Source: the human T2T-CHM13v2.0 reference genome, Homo sapiens
Length of the DNA stretch: 64,000 nt
Assembly: GCF_009914755.1 (NCBI RefSeq)
Contig: NC_060928.1
Strand: one strand, 5' to 3'
Shown: positions 56,431 to 64,000 of the stretch, piece by piece
How positions within the stretch are numbered: the first letter of the stretch is position 1
How the letters are laid out: every line of letters starts with the position of its first letter
Notes under the pieces: model-generated
What the model saw: only the letters and a program-made list of their open reading frames with translations
Database searches by the model: none
What the model was told of the DNA's origin: nothing
Program-made: the position numbers and the translations under genes

Positions 56431-59400
56431 CACCTTTTCGTTCTTCTACTTCTCTGTAGGCCACGTGTAGATATAAAATGGTCTTTCTGCTTGTCCCAAA
56501 CATGTATATCTTTATACTGAATCTCAGTTTCTTCCCCTCTTTTTCCATTTTTAAACAAAATTGTCATTTCAGTCTACCTTCTACCACCAGCTGAGCATAT
56601 AAGATGTTTAAGGCCATTTCCTCCTGCTAAATCCTCCAAGTGATTAATTAATTTTACAGGAGTATGTTCAGTGTCTAAGGTGTTTTTTGTATCTTGGTAT
56701 TTTAAGTATGTTTCAGAAAGCTGTTTTCAAAGCAAATGTTAACAATCGTGTTGATCTCTTGAAGGATATACATATTTTAATATTTTGTATTATATTTTGT
56801 ACACATGGTAGGACAAATACATTTCACTCTCTTTCACTGTTTCTAGGGCAGATCTGGGAGTAAGGGGCCATGACGACCTTTCCCTCTTGTGTCGTCAATG
56901 TCTGCTATCAGTTTGGCAGAATCAGTGAAGACAAAAACCGTTTTCCCTTGTTTTGTTTTGTTTTTTTTTTTTTCTTTCATCTTCTATGGCATTAAAAGTG
57001 ACCTTGCCTTGCAAATATCGGTGTGGTACCACAAGGGAAGCAGTTGCCATAGAGGAGAAAGTTTTCTTTCTTGATTATTATTATTTTTTTAACTATAGGG
57101 GCTCAAGGAGAGAGCATTGCTTACAATTGCAGTTTTTTTTTAATGGAATCAATGAAGGAAAACTATGCATGCAAAAGAAACTTGGAAAAAATTCAGTGCC
57201 TCATCATATTTGGGCATATATAAGTGCATTTCACTTTACAAACATAAACCAGGTGGTAGATTGTATTTAAATATCAAAAGTATGAGAGGAAATCACCATG
57301 CCAAGTAACCATTTCACTAACAAAATATCCATAGAATAGCATCAGCAAATATTCCATTCACCCATTAATATTAATTGAACTTCCACCAAGTACAAAGCAA
57401 GGCACAAGGCATCATACAAACACAGGCATGTCATTAGGATTTCAGACTCTCTAGTTGGTTCATGAGCATTGTTACACACGGAGAAGAGGAGGACCAAGGG
57501 TAACCCAAAACGACATAGTCCCAAACTGCACATAGTACAAAGCAATTATTCACTGTCAGGCTTGGGAGGATGATATTTTTGTAGCGACGTTGGTGTGCTT
57601 TAAACAAAGATACAGTCATTTAGATATGAATTGGGCACCCGGCATTGGAATTCCAGGGAACTTGCTTCCTCTCTCCACTGCTACAATATCCAGTGTTTCC
57701 AACACAGTCCATAGCACCGTGTTCTTCTAGTCCAGGTCTTGTTCTTAGACTCATATTAAGTTTGTCTCTCTCGAACTATTCTTGGGGTGGTGGAGTTGGT
57801 TGTTTGAGTGCCTCTTTTTGCCAAATGAATGTAATTATCTACTCTTTCAAACTGACTTGTTGTCACTTGATTATGTTCTATTTAAATGAATTTAAAATTA
57901 ACATATGATTTGTGATTAACCCTATCTTATTTCACATTTTATATTTATCTCTCAATGAAATAACTGCGGAGATCTAGAACCAATTTTGAACTTTTAAGCA
58001 ATCTCTATTTAAAATTCAATTAACAATACAGGTGAATAAGAAAATATTCAGGTGTATAATGGCAGTATGAGTCATCCCAAACCTGGGTAAGTTATAAGCA
58101 CATTTGCACCTCTGATGTTTAAGGAAACCTTGCCGTCTTGATGCTTGCTTCATCAGAATTTCCAGGATCTCTGTGGGTCTACCCTTCACAATAGTTGTCT
58201 TGTGCAGTGATACACAGGACAATTAATTTTTGCTCTGTCAAATTATCCCTGCACCCCTCTCCTGCAAAGAAAATAGTGCCAGTAGATATTTGTACAGTGT
58301 ACTCAGATTCCACTTTATATGATTGTTCATTTACATTTGAATGTTTTAAGCTGCATAATGGCAAACATCACTCAAGACCAACTAAGGACTGAATTAAAGC
58401 ATTTAAATGAAATAATATCCATAATTTTCCAAATAATATGAAAATCTCAAATCAAAGTTATGAGCTCAGTAGATAGTTATATAAAAGTTATCTTTTGTTT
58501 TTTTCATATGCATGTAAAAGAAAGTGGCTTCTCTTTGATAGATGTGGAAGAAAACTCCTAAGCGATTATACTGCAAACGTACCATCCTTTTCTTGTCATA
58601 GTAGTGTCTAATGGTAACTTAAGCACGAAGTCACCTCACAGTTTGTTGGTAAGGAGGAAGTTGTACTGAAAATTTGATTGATCTGATTCGATATCCTTAT
58701 ATTTGAAGCTTCTTATAATTTAACATCCTTAATGTGTGATCTAAACATTGCTAAGGGATTATTTTGAATCACGTGAGATGTTTAAGAACATGCAAATAGT
58801 CTATAAGCCAATATAGTAAAATAAAATAATATATAAATTTGAACAACTTCCACATTGTAAATAAAGTAAATCTGCTTAATATCCATAACTGTTAATGTCA
58901 GAAGAAAAAATCACCTTGCAATTAACTAGGTTGTTTGAAAGTCAACGTTTTGGGGAGAAACATTTTGTTTTGTGTAAGAAAATTGAAAACTCAATATGTA
59001 ATGGAATAAAACACAGCTATTGTACATCTTGGACTTATCTAATCTTTATCTGTTTCAGCATTATTGACTACAAGGACAATTAACAATGAATGATGGGGCC
59101 AGAATGCCAGTGAAGACATTTTCCTAGGTTGGCTGTTCCTCTGTTTGCTAAAGAGGATTCTGTCTTTATTTCTTCAGTTTGTGTTACTCCCTCATTCTAT
59201 GGAGGTACTTGCCACATAATTCCAGGGAGCTTTCAGATTGCAGATCTAGAGGAAATGAGGGAAGGGTTGGATGGATGATGCAGCAATCAAGCTGCAGCTG
59301 GGAGTTGGGTTTCTTAAGGTATTGAGGAGAAGATTGCAAAGGCAGATGAAATGAGAGAGAAACAGGGTATTTCAGAAGTATTGCTATGACTTTATCCTTA

Positions 59401-60115
59401 TTACTTTCTTGAGAAAGACAAATGAAAAGCTCTGGAACCACACTGGGACTATTGTGTTTCTTTGCAAGGGAACCATGTGGGGGACCACTGTATAAAGGTC
59501 ATATTTTATATTTGCGTTCTGAGTCGTCATGCAAATATATTGCTCAAGCAATAATTTCAGACAAAATGATTCTGAGTTACCAGAATTATACTCCTTAGCA
59601 CATAGATGGTAGTGTAATAAAACCCCAGCCTGGCTTTTCAAAATCTTGGTGGAAGCCAAAAACACCATTTACTCCTCTTTACCTTTGGTGACCTTTGCAT
59701 CTCTCCAGACACTGAGAACTCTGCTGGAGCTGCTCACCAAAATAACTGAGTGGCTTGTGGCAGATAAACATGTAAGATGGAAGGTAAAGATACACATTGT
59801 TTTTTCACCGACAAAGGGAGAAGTGGGTTACAACAGATGTTTCTGGCAAAGCTGTAACAGAAACCAACAAAAGTCTACCCCAAACAAGCAGGAGGTAATC
59901 TGGTAGGAGAGGGAATCAGGAGAATCTTAGAGTTACTGAGAAAGGAGGATGAGTTCTGTCTTAAATAGAATCCCAGATTTGTTCATCTGAACATGTAACA
60001 TGTAATTAATGTCCGGCATTTAGAAAAAATGAGGTTCCCAGTTAAATTGCTTTGGGATCCTTTAGAAGAGAGGCTGAAAGTCAAACACACGGACAGTTTG
60101 AGAATTTAACCTTAC

Positions 60116-60215
60116 CTTATCTAGGCTTCACCACCCGCTTCACTCATGTCTTCTGACAAAAGGCATCACCTTCTGTGTCTAATGAAGAGTCCCAAAGGAG
60201 AATCAGGAAATATTT
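60116..60215 (-). other. Candidate 100-nt non-coding exon
   Basis: Minus strand reads acceptor ttttctacttttatttattccag| and donor AAG|gtaagg. Stop codons occur in all three frames. Confidence 0.35.
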
Positions 60216-60465
60216 CTGGAATAAATAAAAGTAGAAAATATGTCATTGACTGTAGTAATTTTTCTCCAAATGTGATCCATCCTCCAGCCACCCATTTTCA
60301 TCATTTCTCAATTATTTTCCTGTTTTGTTGTCCTGAATCTTTTCTTACTGTTCTTTTGTCTCTCTTCACAAGCTTTATTTCTTTACTTTCTCGGTTTTTT
60401 GTTTTTTTTTTTTTTAATTTCTTTTTCTTCAGCCTCTCTACACCATTCCCAGCCCCTTGGATTTC

Positions 60466-60694
60466 TTATTTTTTTTCCTTTTTTTAATTTTTATTTTTAT
60501 TTTAAGTTCTGGGGTACATGAGCAGGATATGCAGATTTGTTATATAGGTAAATGGTGCACCATGGTGGTTTGCTTCACCTATCAACCCATCACATACGTA
60601 TTAAGCCCAGCATGCATTAGCTATTTCTTCTAATGCCTTCCCTCCCCTGATCCTATCCACCTGCAGGCCCCAGTGTGTGTTTTTCCCCTCCCTG
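60466..60694 (-). mobile_element. 5'-truncated L1PA 3' end (about L1PA8-10)
   Basis: ttttaagttctggggtacatg...aagcccagcatgcattagctattt...caggccccagtgtgtgtt. Confidence 0.92.
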
Positions 60695-63600
60695 TCTACA
60701 CCATTTTTTAACCAAAAAAAAAAAAGGAATTATAAATGGAAGGTCCTGAGAGAAAAAGAAAGGTAGACAATGTCAGGTCAAGAGTGTGGCTTCACATAAC
60801 AGGGTGGGACTTCTTTAAGTTGATTGACTGAACCATGAATCTGACCAATATGGAAATCCTCCGGTTTTTAAAATTCAGCATCTCATGTGGGGATCTTGAT
60901 TTATAATGGAAAGCTCAGAAAATTGAAGCTTCATCTTTCTGGCCAAAAATATACTAGAAAAAAAGATGAGAAATGAATACACAAACACACACACACACAC
61001 ACATTAAAGGAACCATGACATTTATCTGTAACCTACACACCAGAAATAAACTTGCAAACAAATTTTTAAATATACTACAAGTCCGTTAAGTTGGGTAATG
61101 TATTTAAAGTCCTAAAGTGATTATGAAAATAGTTTCCAACTTGTTTGGAGCTGCATTTTTTTTATGAGCATATTATTAGAAATAGGTTTGAAGTCTACCA
61201 AAGCAGATTTCAAGTCTACAGAAATTTGGTGTAAACTATAAGAGTTTACACCAAATATGGTGGAACCAGAGGTACTAAACCCTCTTTATAACATTATTTC
61301 TCACTGAATTAAAAAACCAGCATTTGGGTTGCAACCTTGTCGTTTCCCAGGTGCTTGACTTCAATCCCATCCATTGTAAAACTGAGATAGTGATTCAAAC
61401 TTCAGTTTTCTTCTGAGGAAAAGCCCCTAATTGAATACCTAAGTATTGTATCCTATTGTAGCTATTATTATTCTACCACAACTAATGCAGCTCAAGGCAG
61501 AATTTCTAATAGGTCTTTAAATCTTTAGTTGAAGCTCCAAAGAAAAACGGATCACCACTTGGAGTTAGAAGAACAACTACTCATTCCTGAAAAAGTGGAA
61601 GCGCAATTAATTAGCATTCAGCATTTGATTCCTCTGGAGAGGAGGAATCCCATGTTCTCACAGAGTGGGACATAAAATCACATACGTGTTAGCTGGCAAG
61701 ACTATTCATCAGGATAATGGTATAAGACTAAAGTGAAGCGATATAATGTTAGATGTTTGTACCTGGGGAAAATCATAGCTGCAGCCTGGCACTGTAGACG
61801 GATGGCTGTAACCAGCCCTCAACAATTTGCCAAGTCTCTGGCCTGATGGTATTGCTTTGGTATAAATTTTTAAACATATACATCTTATCCATATTTCCAG
61901 AGGTAAGGAGTTGATGTTAGGGGATAGGGAACAATTATCAGACTGGACTTTGTCACATGTAGTTTTTGAAGAACTACAAGTTAGAATCTATTGTCCGACC
62001 CCTGAGGAGGACTTTTTTCTGTTTACAAACACAAAAATTCTAATGTTCCATTGTCCCTTTCCTAATCCCCAAATATTTTGTTAGTACAGATATTTTCTAT
62101 TATAATTTTAACAACTATTACTATGCAGTCAGTTGTATAATAATTTACATTTACCTGTATTTCATCTGTCTTTTTTCATTTCAAATTTATTTCATATTTT
62201 ATTTCAACTTCATATTTGATTTTAATTTTATTTCCATTTGTGGGTTCTATATTGATATTAGCTCAGGCAAACATCTGAACAGAATTACTTTACTATATGC
62301 TGAATTCTACTGCACTGACTTCTATAATTGCTGCATAGACTTTCTAGTCAGTTTCCTCCCAATACATATGAAAATGGTTGTTTTGTTTCTATTTTCATCG
62401 TTAAAATAAAAGCCATTCGCTTGTACTTTCGGAACTCTCTCTTTATCTAACATTTCATTGTCTGATGTCCTGAGAAGAGCAGCTTGCATTTTGAATGCTT
62501 TTGATTACCTACAATTTCTCCTAGCATTCAAGGTAGAGATTCTACTGCATCTCATTTTTGATAAATAATTACAAAAATGCTTTTTCAAGAAAAAGGTAGC
62601 TTTTAGAATGCCTGAAAGTGTGAAAAAAATGTCATTATAAAGCTTCATAACTATGTGGTCATCTTGGAAGCAAAATAGAGAAGAAAAATCAACTCAACTT
62701 CAACCTTTCAAATCACAAGAAGTAGTTCCTCTGTCATCCAGACAATACGGTGATGGCTCCTTGTGTCTGATTACCAAAGGAAATCTAAAATGAGTTTTAT
62801 GTAAATTTTTCTACAATGAAACATTTTGTACATCATTATACTAAAAGGAACTTTTACAAAGCACTTGCAAAATAAAATCAGCTGATAATACAGCAACATC
62901 CAAAGAAAATGTGAGACAATTAAACTTTCTCATGAATTACATGAATTCTATTTAGACATTCCTGTATCACTGCAGATGTGGAGGTAGAGATTTTCCTTGA
63001 TTTCCCTTCCTCAGTTGCCATTTTCCCACTTAAAAGAGATCTTTAAGGCTATTTTTGGTCTGTTTCCTACCGCTACTGAGACATTTAAGTTATAGAGCTT
63101 GATTTTTATTTTAGTATCATGAGAAATGGTTTCAACTCGGGGAAGCCCAAACTTCAAATACCTCTGGAAGTAAGATTAATGTAGTTTGAATTTTGCAGGA
63201 AAATAACTTCAAAGATGACATTTTTGTTGGAGGTACTGAAATATCTACAGTAATACTTTTAACAAGGGTTAGTCTAGAGCAGTGCTTGGAGCAAAGAAAT
63301 CTAACATATACTATAACTGTCTACAGGCAAGCCAGAGATGGATTTATGGGCCATACTTAGCACTGTCACCTTGAAAGTGAAGCACTTTGAAAGGCTAAAT
63401 GAAGATGAACAGTCAATCTCTGTTGGGGAAAGTCTTGCCATTTATTTTTTATTTGTTTTAAGAGTGATACCATATTGTGTCATGGGTTGAACAGTGTCCA
63501 ATAAGAATATCAGCTGTGCTTTGCAAACAGCCTTTAGTCACTTCCATCCTCCACTGGGAAAGTGCTCCAGGAGGGAGGAGAGGCAAGGGATACATAGCAA

Positions 63601-64000
63601 TTTTGGCTTTCTTGGGACTCTTCAGAGATGCTTTCCCCTCCCACCTACTGGTTAATCTTTTCTTCTTTTTCTGTTTCCTGTCACTTTCCAACTTACTTAT
63701 TCCAGTGGAATAAGTAGGTTGTGGTTTGATTAACAGAGGTGAGAAATACAGTATCGTTACTCTTTAAAGGCACATATTATGTTGCGCCCTCATAAAAATA
63801 AGACAGTTAAAACATATGATGAAGTCTAGGAGACTTTGACATGTTCTTAAAATCAAAATAGCATAATCACTGCTTCTTTATAATGTGTTGTGTGTATATC
63901 TTGCATAATTGTCATTCTTTTGAAGGATAGGGTAGAAAATCCCTGTTGAAGAAAATTTTGTATAACAGTTTTTCAAAGCATGATTTGCTACAATGCCAAT

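Noticed and set aside
63613-63625. 13-mer ttgggactcttca shared in inverted orientation with the 60.2-kb exon candidate
   Set aside because: The match does not extend, and a 13-bp match is expected by chance in 64 kb.

Overview
This is AT-rich primate (most likely human) non-coding DNA, either intergenic or deep intronic. I found no protein-coding gene, rRNA, tRNA, CRISPR array or CpG island. Every ORF in the track with recognisable homology comes from a repeat (L1 ORF2, Tigger1 transposase, Alu or microsatellite frames). The window is a fossil record of transposons: eleven Alus (J, S and Y types), a 5'-inverted L1PB made by twin priming, old L1M/L2/MIR fragments, MaLR, ERVL and ERV1 solo LTRs, and the DNA transposons Tigger1, Tigger3, MER5 and MER94. 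I see no evidence of a new biological system. The best leads are: a repeat-poor block at about 55.5-57.1 kb that looks like a developmental enhancer; a clean non-coding exon candidate on the minus strand (60116-60215); two templated micro-rearrangements inside old repeats (14670-14794, 27093-27225); a four-layer nested insertion (29.7-33.0 kb); and a mosaic AluY that forms a close inverted pair with another AluY. Subfamily names come from remembered consensus sequences, not a RepeatMasker run. Boundaries of the ancient repeats are approximate.
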